From positions 26,102,001 through 26,166,000 of the forward strand of contig JBITNC010000002.1 in assembly GCA_050084985.1 (NCBI GenBank): a stretch of 64,000 bases of DNA, given 5' to 3'. This stretch comes from Nageia nagi. Taxonomy: Eukaryota; Plantae; Pinophyta. How positions within the stretch are numbered: the stretch's first letter is position 1; the number at the start of each line of letters is the position of its first letter. Shown here piece after piece: positions 1-11,782 of the stretch. The notes beneath the pieces were generated by a model. It had not been told where the DNA came from, searched no databases, and worked only from the letters and a program-made list of their open reading frames with translations. The position numbers were made by a program, and so were the translations under genes.

Positions 1-587
1 GAGGTATCATGGTCACCACCACATCCCTATGTTTATGAAAACTGTTTCTGCAAATAATTTGTAAGTTTATTCAAGTTTTCTGTTGTTTTGATGTTTGAGA
101 TGTGGACCTCACACAACAACAGCATGCATGCCAGTGCTCTTTGTGTTGTCTGTTAAATATTAAACAGGTACACACTCCAGGCACCGGTTTGTATCAACAT
201 TGTAAAGGCCATAATAAGACTTGATTATGTATATTGTTGTATTGTGATCTGCTTGATTCTTTCCCTATTAATTGTCTTTGCCGGGCAGCAGTTGTGAACA
301 GTCTCATCTCTATTTGTAGTTATCTCTTGTGTTGGCAAGGGAGATGTAGGTATCATTATCATAATCTCAAAAGGACATAATGGCATGAGTTAATGGAATG
401 CTGATTATGTAACCATGCCTGGAAAGTATGATGTACAACATTTTGTAAATTATATTTAAGAAGCCGGTTTCTTTGTTCTGCATTTGTTGTCTCAATGTGG
501 GTTATCATCTACATTCATGCTAATGTGTATGCATATTATGTTTGACTTAATAGTATAAGTCAACCTATTGAGACTTGATATTCATAG

Positions 588-1384
588 CAAAGTTGTCAGA
601 CTCGGAATCGGATCGGAATCGTTCGGCTGGAAGATTCTGATTTTTCAAGAATCAGCAAAAAAGGGGTAAAAAATCAGCAAAAAATCGGCCAATAAGAAAA
701 ACTGAGAATTTTTATAATTTGACATTGAAACAAATCATTTTCAGTTATCTCTCAACATTGCATATAAAATAAAACAACATTCCATTTCAAATAACACGTT
801 ACACAAGTGAAAACATATTTTAGCATTGGAAATTGTGGAGTTTTCAGTTTTGTATTACAGATCAAATGTCCAAGGACCAAAACACATCAAAAATTTCAAA
901 GTTCTCAAAACAAAATCTGAACCAAAACATTTATCTAGATTCTAATGTCCATATTGTCTTTGTTTCCCCCCTTATCAAAATCTCTTTTGTTGCTTTAGCC
1001 TTGTTAGTGGTTTTTGCTGGTTCTTCTTCAGGTTCTTCTACTTGGGAATATAATTGATCCCGTACTTGTGGTTGTGTTGGAATTTAGTTCAAATCGTGCA
1101 AATGATGTTTCTCCTAGCTCCTCCTAGCTGAAGTTCGCAAAAAAAATTAAAAATAAATCAAAATTTGACCTTTTTTTCCTCCCTAACCAGTGCTTGCGAT
1201 TTTTTGCCGATTGTTTTCCAAAAATGGGCAAAAAATCGGATCGGAATCTGCAAAAATTGGGAAAAAATTGCCACGTCAGTAAAAATAAAAATAAAACAGA
1301 ATCGGTTTAGAAAAAATCGTTCGTCTCGCCGATCCCGATTTTTTTGCCAATTTTTCCGATTTTTTAGCGATTTTTACAACTGTG
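588..1384. mobile_element. Non-autonomous hAT-type DNA transposon (MITE-like)
   Basis: Perfect 8-bp TSD ATTCATAG at 580-587 and 1385-1392. Imperfect TIRs: CAAAGTTGTCAGACTCG vs revcomp of right end CACAGTTGTAAAAATCG. Subterminal AATCGG/CCGATT repeats at both ends. CpGs are retained, unlike the flanks. Confidence 0.9.
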
Positions 1385-2470
1385 ATTCATAGTATATACT
1401 ATATGGTATATACTAACATATTTGTAGAGGAATATTCACGGATTTGTAATTTCGTAGGACAAAAGTGATGGAGTACAAATAAGATATGCCATGTAGTACA
1501 ACTATACGAGGAAGCTCTTAGTAACTAATGGCATTAATTAGACATATAACATATCTTCTTGAGCAGGACATGTTTCATCGTCAAAGCATGAAAAGAACTT
1601 GTTAGGTATTCTTAATAACAGTAGATCGAGTTTTCAATTAATTCGTTGAGAAACATTTCTAAATGTTGTGCAGTACCATTGTAGATGAATACTCAATTAT
1701 TTGGACCTATGTGACTTAGTCGGTGAAATTTAATAATCTCATAGCAGGAAGAATGTAAATAAGGTTGGATATTTAGCCATCTTTGTTACTTGTTCATCAT
1801 CTATATAATTATTTGTTGATGCTTTATAAGAGGGATGATTGTGAAACATCTTTGTATTTATCTGAAATTTTTTAAAAGGGATGGGAGTTTTTGGTGGCTA
1901 CTAGGCCTTTTACAAAAACATTCCTAGGAATGGAGAGCATGGGAAGAGGTAACAATTCACATACACTTGTGTGCTACTCGTCAACAATTTGGTAGACTCA
2001 AATCATCATCTATCTACTATATTATGCAAGAAACAAAGGCCAAAGATGCAACAAATAGAAGCAACCCAAAGACAAAAAAGGGGCATGATTGAAGATGTTT
2101 AAGGGTGCAAAGCAAACTACAAATGGTTTGAAACTAAAAATTAAAGGGCCATAACTTGCGACATGAAGGGTTGCGATCAAAGATACTTAAAGATACATGA
2201 AAACATAAATGGCTCCCATGCCTAAATTTTCAAGAAAGAGAGATTACAAAGTTTAGTGGAATAGTTTAAAGGAATATACCAGTCTTAATCGTTGTTGCGT
2301 ATGTTCTTTTCTTTTTACAAATAAGGCAAAGAAATGGTGGCAAAACCTTCATTAGAAATAACAAAAGATCTAGTTTGGTCAAATTCTAAGATATTTTATT
2401 GAGCGATTTTTTATGAACATTTCGGCTAAAGAAAGACCAGAAGTGCTAGAAACAACAAAATGGTTACACC

Positions 2471-3831
2471 TGTAACATCCCAATTTATTCTTCAACCAAA
2501 TATTAGCCAAATAATTATCAATTTATATCAAAATACACACCCAAGCATGCCACAAACTGATCTAGGGTATTCAACATACATGAAAATGAGCTAGGAATGC
2601 CAATGACTCACTCTAGAAGCACAAATACACCCAAATTGCCCAATGCCATACACAATGAAGCAAGAATGTACCAAACGCACCAAAATAGGTGACAATAAGT
2701 GGAGATCAAATGTGCCACGGCTAAATTAATGACTAATGATGCGATCAATACAATAGCAAGCCCTCAAGGGCTCAACATTGGCCTCCAAGGAGCCAACTAG
2801 GGCACATTGACGTGTAAGGACGAATATTGCTATAGATACCACTATAGAACAACCACACTCTATCAGGTTTGTGGATGCCACACTAAAGGGTTCCCTCACA
2901 GACTAGCTCCTGGCAAAGAGATTGAATGTAGTTACGAAATACCACTCGTTGAATTCAAAGGTGCAGACTGCTATGGACACCTCAGGGTAGGGTAACCTCA
3001 CAGCACGAACATTCACCTCAACCACTAGTCAAAAGGTGTTCCAAGCATCTTGGACTCTCCTTGGTATACATGCCTAAGGTTGCTTAACGTCGGCAAGTCT
3101 TTGGAAGTAAAAGGGTGTTTCAATATCAAAATTAGTATATCTCTTCAATGAGGCTCCAACACCTTATATAATACATCCTAGGATCTGGATCTCACCTAGA
3201 AGTCACCACTCATCCTCCAAATCCAACGTTAGCCTCCTAGAGGCTCCCAAATGCTAGACGTGGGTTAGATGTGCTCCCTAATGCATTTAGAAATCATGCA
3301 TATGCCTCTCTAATCCAACGTTGCCTAGGGATGCCAATAATCACGCATTACAAGATCCAATGGCTAGATATGCAACACCTCATTATTGGACACTAAAATT
3401 GCGTTTACAATTATTATTTACATTGGAATCATGTACTACAACTCATACAAGTGGCCCCCATTATTACTATGATAAAACACACTAAATGTACTCTTCATTA
3501 CCAAGCTCACATCTAAAGACAATCCATAACTAACTCATATCCCAAGGAGAGGGATGTCACACTCCAAGGGGTCAATATGGGGATGTTTCTGGATTTCTGT
3601 GCACCGATGAGATATGGAAGACTGGTCCAACTGGTGAACTTCAAGAGGCCATAACTTTTTCGTTTCCTAATGAAATCATTTCGTGTAACCTATCAAAACG
3701 TTTCCCATGAGATGCTCTATCCAATGAAGATGTCTAATCAACCATCCAAAGCCTGTGGCGAACTCCATATCCGAGAAGGGAATATCTAGTATTTCAAATT
3801 TCATTAATTTATCCCAAAATAGGATGTTACA
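2471..3831 (-). repeat. 3' LTR of the gypsy-like element
   Basis: Collinear direct repeat with 6939-8281; TATA-like TTATATAA at about 3163. Confidence 0.92.
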
Positions 3832-6012
3832 AAGCCTCCACTCTTGAAAGTGCTGCCCTCAAGCAATTGCAATACAAACTCAAGGTCCCAAATCCATCTC
3901 AAAGAAAAGTGTCCATCACGCTTAAATAAGGAAATCATCTCAGCCATGCATTCATCATACTTAAATGAAGAAATCATATCAGCTATGCATTCAACAAATT
4001 TAGCCTCAAGGATGTGCAGTACAACCCTCAAAACTGAACTATTATACTCAAAGTGAGGCAAAGCCAATACCCCAACATGCATGTCAGCATCTGAAATGCA
4101 AACAACCATCAATCTGCAGAGGTATGCAACCTTCTCCATGTGCTTAAAGTCACCAAACAGGTATGAAAAACCAGCAGCTCCTCTACGTCCTGATGCTATC
4201 CATGATGAACACAAAATGGAGGGTAAACATGGGGTGGCAATCCCTCCAAAAGGAGAAATTATGGAGTGGAAACATGTGTTCATGGTGCCCAACATTTCTC
4301 TTCTCCAAACAAGGCAGAATTCCCAGCCATATGCAGTCACCACAATAGTCCCATAATAACGTAGGACAGGCACAGTGAAGTTTCTTACAATTGCAGTCCC
4401 AAAAGATTGATAATGCGTGTCAAAACTGTCCAACAAATTAGTCCTCCATTCAGCTTTGAGACCTTTATCACATTCAGCGAAAATGCTGAGAAAAACAGTC
4501 CTATGATCACGCAAAATGGTCCCAAAGACAGTCTTCAAGACAGCAAGCTTCCTTTCCCTCAAACAGTCATGAAATGCAGTCCCAATTGCTTGGAAAATGG
4601 GATGAGAATGTAGGACAGCAGGCCCCTCACATGTGGGATCAAAGAAGGTCTTCTTGCCTTAGATGTTGGGGTTCGAAGTTCCATCCAATCTTGTGGAAAT
4701 GATGCCTATATCAACAGCAGTCTTTTTCACCCATAATGCAGCCCATACCTTCTTCGTGACAGTCCAACTTTCATCACATACAACAGCCCTCAAAACTGAA
4801 TTATCATACTCAAAATTAGGCAAATCAAATACCCAAACATGCTTATTAAGGTTTGAAATGTACACAATCATCAACTTGTGAGGAACTGTAGCCTTTCTCA
4901 TGTGCTCAGGGTCAAACAACATGTCTGAAATGTTGCCAATAACAGCAGCCTTCTTCTTTCCTGACTGAGTCCATATTGAGCACAAAATGACAACAATCTT
5001 ACTGTTATTCAAAACAACATTAACTGGAATTTTGAAATTGGCAAAACTCTCAAAAAAATCAGCGAGTGTAAAGATCCAAATAGGGACGTTGGGGCTGCAG
5101 ATGTATAGCTGAACCAATTGCATGAAATCTTGATCAAACCAGTCATCTCCTAAACCAATGTTGGGGTATTCAGGGCTAAAATCAATGGGGAGTCGGTGCT
5201 CCACTTCTTCAACGCTCTTTGGATGTCAACCACTGTCTCCTCCATGCTCCATTTTGCATTGAAGTTGCCACAATGAACATTACAAATAAACATGAGCAGT
5301 CCTTCCAATGATGTGAAGAGTGATGAATCAATTTCTTCCATGATGGGCTACCTGTACAAACAATGTTAGCCAAGATGGTAAATGTGTCAGGCCTTATCAT
5401 TTACATGCTCTCAATCTCCATGTGATGGCTAGGAACCAAATGTTCCATCTTCATGGTTGGTGTAGGACACTTCTTGCATGCAAACTTTTCTTCAAGAGTT
5501 TAAACTATAAGGGAGAAGCGCTCAATAGCTTTTATGCCTTCACTATGCTTTAGTACCAAGACACCCGGATCCCAAGGAACTAGAAGAGTATTGTGATCAA
5601 CATTCCCAACATATGTAAGTGAATGCACTTCAAAGGAACCATTTTGAAGTTCTACTAGACATACCTCATGTAAGGGTGCAATTCCTTGGCCAATGATTTC
5701 AGATTTTCCAAGATCTGAATTGGTCATCATCATCACATCATTTTCGCATACCTCACTATGTAATGAGGTTTCAATTGCTGATTCTCCTTCTTTGGAATCC
5801 TTATCTTCTTTCATGCTAGGCTCAAAATCTTCACTTTTCTTATTATTCCTCATAACTCTCTCGCTCAAAACCAAATATGAAACAACAATGACTCTTTTTC
5901 TCTTTTTCCTCAATATTATTATTTTCAACAATACTATGCAAAATCTCTTAATTACTGTCACAAAAATCAGAATTACTTTCGTACCTTTTGTGGTTGATTC
6001 AGGTCTCACCAT
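3804..6012 (-). pseudogene. Broken internal ORF(s) of the LTR element with degenerate integrase-like modules
   Basis: Minus-strand ORFs 5500-6012, 4659-5204 and 3804-4562. The module LMxxxISxxxxHVxVxxLPxFEYxxSVLRxV occurs twice and resembles the gypsy integrase segment ending in EFAYNxS (inference). Confidence 0.5.
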
Positions 6013-6938
6013 TATGCAATTGATGCTCTATGTCTTGAATCCAAAGCTCCACATTATTAAATGTCCTCACCTTCTTTTTCAATTCTAGAGGTGCAACCTC
6101 CTCCGTGATGCTCAAGGGATGTTTGGATCTAGCCACTGGAGAGGTTTTGGCCTCTTCCCCCTCAGTGTCATATTTTTCTTTCTCCCACTCAACAATTCCA
6201 TACCTTAAAAGATCTTGGTATAGCTGGAAATCAACATTCCTTTAAAACTTCTTCGAAGTTCCTTGGTAGATCTAGAGCAAAACCTCAATTTTTGGCAGAG
6301 TCATGTGGGGTGGAAGAGAGCTTTGATTTTGCACATCTCGTTTTTTCTTTCTCATCTTTTCTTCATACTTATCACCAAGGAACCAAAGAAGCTTTTCCCT
6401 TATTCTTGAGGAATTTGTCTTTCCTTAAATTGATGGAGCATTTTCTGGAACATCTTTTTTCCGAAATCTGATTTCTTTACTTTGATTGTAGATTTGGCTG
6501 AATTTTCTCTTTCCATTGGTGCCAATTCTGATTCCTTCATGCGAAATGCAGATCTAGCTTAATTTTCAAAAAACCCTAGCACAAAATTTGAAATCTTCAT
6601 ATTAAATTTTTCTAATTGGCCAAGATAATAGATCAAGACTTTTTGTACCTGAAAACAGCCTTCAAATTTGCAAATTCACTCTCCAAACCCTAGACGACTA
6701 GTTTAGGAATTCAAATTTCTTCCAAAAAAATGCCATTTTGACATCGAAAATGGCCTTTTAAGTGCAGAACGTCCTGATCCTCCGATTCAATTTTATTACT
6801 GGCTAGATTTCTCCAAAATCTTCAATACCCAAAAGCTAGAAACTGAAGATCTGAATTTTCTGTGGAAACTCTAACTCCAATTCCATGAAACAAATGTTAG
6901 ATCTAACCACAGGCTGGCAAGATCTAAGCTCATACCAC

Positions 6939-8281
6939 TGTAAAATCCCAATTTATTCTTCAAGCAAATATTAGCCAAACAATTATCAAATTATATCAAA
7001 ATACACACCCAGGCATGCAAGTATTAAAAACACATGGAAATGAGCCAGGAATGCCAATGACTCACTCTACAAGCACAAATACACCCTAATTGTCCAACGT
7101 CATACACAATGAAGCAAGATTGCACCAAACACACCAAAATAGGAGACAATAAGTGGAGATTGAATATGCCACGACTGAATTAATGATCAATGATGAGATC
7201 AATACAATTCTAGGCCCTCAAGGGCTCAACGTTTTCTCCAAGGAGCCAACTAGGGTGCATTGATGTGCAAGGATGAATACTGTTGCAGATACCACTATAG
7301 AACAACCAAACTCTACCTGATCTATGGATGCCACATTGAAGTGTTCCCTCACAAGCTAGCTCTCGGCGAAGAGATCAAATGTAGTTCTGAAATACCATCG
7401 GATGGATTCAAAGGTGCAAACCACTATGGACGCCTCAAGTTAGGGCAACCTCACAGCATGAACATTCACCTCAATCGCTAGTCAGAAGGTGTTCCAAGCC
7501 TCCTAGACTCTCCTTGGTCTACATGCCCAAGGGTGCTTAACGGCGCCAAGTCTTTGGAAGTAAAAGGGGGTTTCAATATCAATATCAGTATATCTCTGCA
7601 ATGAGGTTCCACCACCTTATATAACACAACCCTGGATTTGGATCTCACCTAGAAGTCACCACTCATCCTCCAAATCCAACGTTAGCCTCCTAGAGGCTTT
7701 GAAATGCTAGACATGGGTTGGATGTGCTCCCCAATGCATCTAGGAATCATGCATATGCCTCTCTAATCCAACGTTGCCTAGGGATGCCAATAATTACACA
7801 TTACAAGATCCAATTCCTAGATATGCAACGCCTCATTATTGGAGACTAATATTGCATTTACTTATTAATTGCCTTGGAATCATGTATTACAACTCATACA
7901 AGTGGCCCCATTATTAGTATGATAAAACACACTAAATCTATTCTTAATTACCAAGCTCACACCTAAATACAATCGATAACTAACTCATATCCCAAGGAGA
8001 GGGACGTCACATTCCAAGGGGTCAATATGGAAATGTTTTTGGATTTCTATGCACGGGCATGATATGGAAGACTAGTCCAATTGGCGAACTTCAAGAGGCC
8101 ATAACTTTTTCATTTCCTGATGAAACCATGTTGTGTAACCTGTCAAAACGTTTCCCATGAGATGCTCTATCTAATGAAGAAGTCTAATCAACCATCCAAA
8201 GCCTGTGGCGAACTCCATATCCAAAAAGAGAATATCTAGTATTTCAAATTTCACCAATTTAGCCCGAAAGAGGATGTTACA
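6939..8281 (-). repeat. 5' LTR of the gypsy-like element
   Basis: Direct repeat of 2471-3831, adjacent to the PBS-like sequence. Confidence 0.92.
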
Positions 8282-10715
8282 AGACCCTGGTAGGAAATAT
8301 ATCAAAATCAGGTTTTGTCAACACAATGTAAATTTCTGATGAATCAATGACAAATATTTGCTAAGATTTCACTTGGCAATATAAAATTTACTTGTTTGAG
8401 GAACTATACTCAACTTTTACTTATCAAAGTCAACAAATTTGAATAATAGTTAGAAGGTACCAGCTGAAATAAAATTGCAAATTGTTTGGTAAGAAAACAC
8501 ACAAGTGAAATTGAGCATGTAGTCAAGATTGTTAGTACTGATGCATCTGAAACCAGTAATAAGGTCCTGAACAGCAACGTAAGATAAGTAATGATTGCTT
8601 TCAAGCCAATATTATAGAATATGCTCAAGGTGGTGGACTCTTTTTATTGCTGTCCCTGATCACTTTGGTCAAGGCCCTAGATCAAATCTCTATCAATGAT
8701 CAGTGGACTATCCACTTGCTTATTCTTCTCCCTTGTTAAAAGTCTGCTCAATAAAACCTTTCAAATGCCTATGTCATGTTTAGCTTAAACCATTTTTTAT
8801 TAGATATTCACTTATTTAACTTCTGTGGATGCCATCTCTTATTCGACTATGAAGTTAACTTTATCCACGTGCCTAAGTGTAAACTGCCCATTAGGATTCA
8901 TCCAATGATGCAGCATTCATTGAAGTTCCTTTATAACCAAATCAAACCTATCAAGACAGATTTTAGTGACATCCATGAGGGGGAGACATCATATTATCCC
9001 ATTCTTACTTCACCATTTGATCATGTTAGTTGAATGGATCTGCATTTTAGGTTTTCTTTTGCTGCAAACAGAATTCACCCAAGGACAAAACACAAACCTT
9101 TTGAAAAACAGGAATAACTAAATGAAATGATTAAATGTAGGATAACTGCCCATAACCTGGCCTATTCCTGCATCAATTTGCATGTTTTGGATTGTCATGT
9201 ATCATCATTTTCCTTGGGCCAGAAACAATCTTTTGTAAACAATTTTACTATAGAAGCATGGGAGAAGTCATAGAAAGAAAGAAGATTTTCAATACTAGTT
9301 TGAAGATTTAGTGAAACTTGGAGATCAAAGTTTTTTGAGAAAAGGGAACATGTACTGGTCCCAGTCTAGACCTTATTGTTTAACTCAATAATATGTTTAA
9401 CCTTGCATAGTTCCATATTTGTTACCAACCTTTACCATCTACAATTTGAACATTATTCTTTGGATGTTTTATATACCATCATGACTATCCAACTTATACC
9501 TTTGGATGTTTTGTATATCATCTGCAATTTGGATATTATTCTTAGTATGCATTATATTCTGTAGTGAATCCTGTAAAGATTTCGAGTGATCTCCGTTTGG
9601 TCCTTCACAACATATGGAGAAGGTAGAAAGGAACCATTGTCCTTTTCTTTTCACATGAGCTTTGGGGGTTAAAAGCTTCTCCATTTAGGAGTTCTGATCA
9701 AGATGGATGAAGTAATCTGCATAATCAGCATCAGAAATGAGAGTTGCATAGTGCATTCTGGACCTGGGCATCTGTAAACCATAACTTAATGCATGTTTGG
9801 GACTTGAAAAGGTAAAATTGTGTTGGTGCTAATAAAAGCAGTAACCTGTTCAATTTTGATTATGTTGTTTTCTGATGCACCCATGAGCTGTTGTCAGGAT
9901 TTAAGTTGAAGGGCCTCTGCTTGATCCATTTTGAACCTTGGGTTCTTGCTGGTTTGTGTGAATACTTTCACATGAGTACTCAACCAATCTGATACCTGAA
10001 CAGTCATTTACTGGCATAAATACATGTGTAGGAAACGTAAAGAGTTCTTTTAGATGGATGATGAAGATCTGAGCATTTATTGGATGCCGTGCATGTTGTA
10101 AAAGTTTGGCTGCATGCTTAGAAGCATGATTTCTGTGCATTGCATGTACAAATAATTGCATCCTCTTTACCTTGGAGCATTCTTGATGTAGAGTATTTCT
10201 CCATTTAAATACTGTTTTGTTATGTGTTGTTTTTTTCTATATCTAGATTTTCTTGCCCTGTTGTCTCAGTCTAGGCTTTTGATTGGAATAATCAGCTTTC
10301 CAATTGCGCCATAATCTGCAGTATAGGAGCGTAGTTTTCACAAATGTCTTACATATTTAGATTAGCATGAACTGATCTGTAACAATGTTCAATTTTAACT
10401 GGGCATATTAAGATAAATAAATCAATTTAGTGTGTCTGCTCATATTTTAAACAAAAAGCTTTGTTGTTATTTTTCACAAATTCTTTCTTGTGCACGTTAG
10501 AGGTAGACCTATAAGAAAAGGTCATGTATCAAGAGAGGTTCTTCTTCATAATTTTATGTCTATTATGTTTCTTTTCTCAGAGTTCCATACCACATTCCCT
10601 AGTCTTTAAAATATGTTATACTGTCTTCTGCTGTTATAGTGCATTAAAAGAAAAAAATGTGAATTGTGTTTGTGAAAATATTAACTTCTTTATAATGCTT
10701 TTCAATGTTTTGCAG

Positions 10716-10788
10716 ATTACATTGAAAAAAAGGCAATATCATTGGGAATAGAGAGCTTGTTCTTATTAACAACTCGTGCTTCTGATTG
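10716..10788 (+). CDS. NAGS: Amino-acid N-acetyltransferase (N-acetylglutamate synthase), penultimate coding exon (73 nt)
   Basis: tttgcAG acceptor and GTatg donor. Translates (D)YIEKKAISLGIESLFLLTTRASD(W), matching the plant NAGS GNAT C-terminus DYIEKKA.SLG...LFLLTTRTADW. Splice phase fits the next exon. Confidence 0.93.
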
Positions 10789-11782
10789 GTATGAACATTT
10801 TTTTTAAACTTATATTTTTGTCGTTTGAAGGTTGGTTGAAGTATGGAACCGTTTAAGCCTTAGAATAAGTCATGCTTTTGAACAAAAGGAGAACCATTGG
10901 GGAAAAGTCTGGGATTCTTCTTGGCCAAGCATAGTGCACATACTGCTCTTGGAGGGTTTGGGCTTGAAACGGAAAGCCATACTCTTCTTAGGATGTTGTT
11001 GTACCCTTTTAACTCTCATTCAAAGACACTGGAATTTTATTTTTTTGAATTATGGAAAAGTTTTATAGGATTTGGTTTCCTTTTTGTCCATATTTTTATT
11101 GTTCTCTTTGGGTAAAGAAAAGAGTTATTCCAGTTTCAGAATTCCAGAAGGTTTGATTATTCAGTTTCAGCAAGGTTTCTTTGTAGGAGTTAAAGTAACA
11201 GTTGGCAGCTTTGTTATTTTATCAGTTTGATTAGTTTCATTTGGAGTTTGTAAGAGGCATTGGGAAACAGTTAAAATATGAGATACGTTTTGTTTATGTA
11301 TTTCTCATAGGTCACAGTTTGGGTTCACAGGAGTCACATCAGAGCATTCATTTGGGATCACATTGGCAGTATGAAATTTCTGTTGAAAAATCAGATTAAT
11401 CACATTTTTGTTCTCCATTTATTTTAATTTTGAGCAACATGGTAGGCCTCAGTTTCTGTAGTGCCCATCCAAGCTCTCAAACACTTATCTATTAGATTTG
11501 ACAGCACAAGCCAGAATATTCCCTTGATGAAGAAAATGAGTTTTAAGTACAGGAGTGTTTGGGATTTACATTCCCGTAGGGTAACGTTTTCACCCTAGAA
11601 ACTGAGAGTTCTAATACTTAATAAACTAACATTAATATTATTTACTAATGTACTATTCAATACCTAAAGTATCTATATTCTAATGTAATGTATTATTTCT
11701 ATCCTTCCCCCCATAATACATTAGGCCCTCAAAAAATAACAGAGGAAGCTCCGAAAGTATTCAAACTTTCCACAGACAAGAT

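Larger units (their letters stand above)
2471..8281 (-). mobile_element. Non-autonomous gypsy-like LTR retroelement (LARD-like), about 5.8 kb
   Basis: LTRs 2471-3831 and 6939-8281 (TGTAA...TTACA). TSD ACACC/AGACC (4/5). PBS-like TGGTATGAGC on the minus strand next to 6938. PPT-like AAGAGTGGAGG next to 3832. The 3.1-kb interior has no recognisable RT. Confidence 0.9.
2290..9300 (+). mobile_element. Ancient Ty3/gypsy gag-pol remnant, split by the 2471-8281 insertion
   Basis: Gag-like FLFTNKAKKWWQN at about 2305-2345 resumes after 8282. FDYEVNFIHVPKCKLPIRIHPM (8776-9033 ORF) resembles the RT N-terminal region, and IIFLG / AWEK at about 9205-9270 resemble RT/RH-linker motifs. Very degraded; boundaries approximate. 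Confidence 0.4.

Noticed and set aside
8640-8690. IAVPDHFGQG resembling the preceding NAGS exon (IAVSP.CRGQGQG)
   Set aside because: No DKLL ending, no suitable splice sites and no upstream similarity; better explained as gypsy debris or chance.
10524-10751. 75-aa ORF overlapping the NAGS exon
   Set aside because: It is in a different frame and mostly intronic; the real coding frame is the spliced one.
10770-10788. TTRASDW instead of the usual TTRTADW in NAGS
   Set aside because: These positions vary among ArgA/NAGS homologues, so this is not evidence of altered function.
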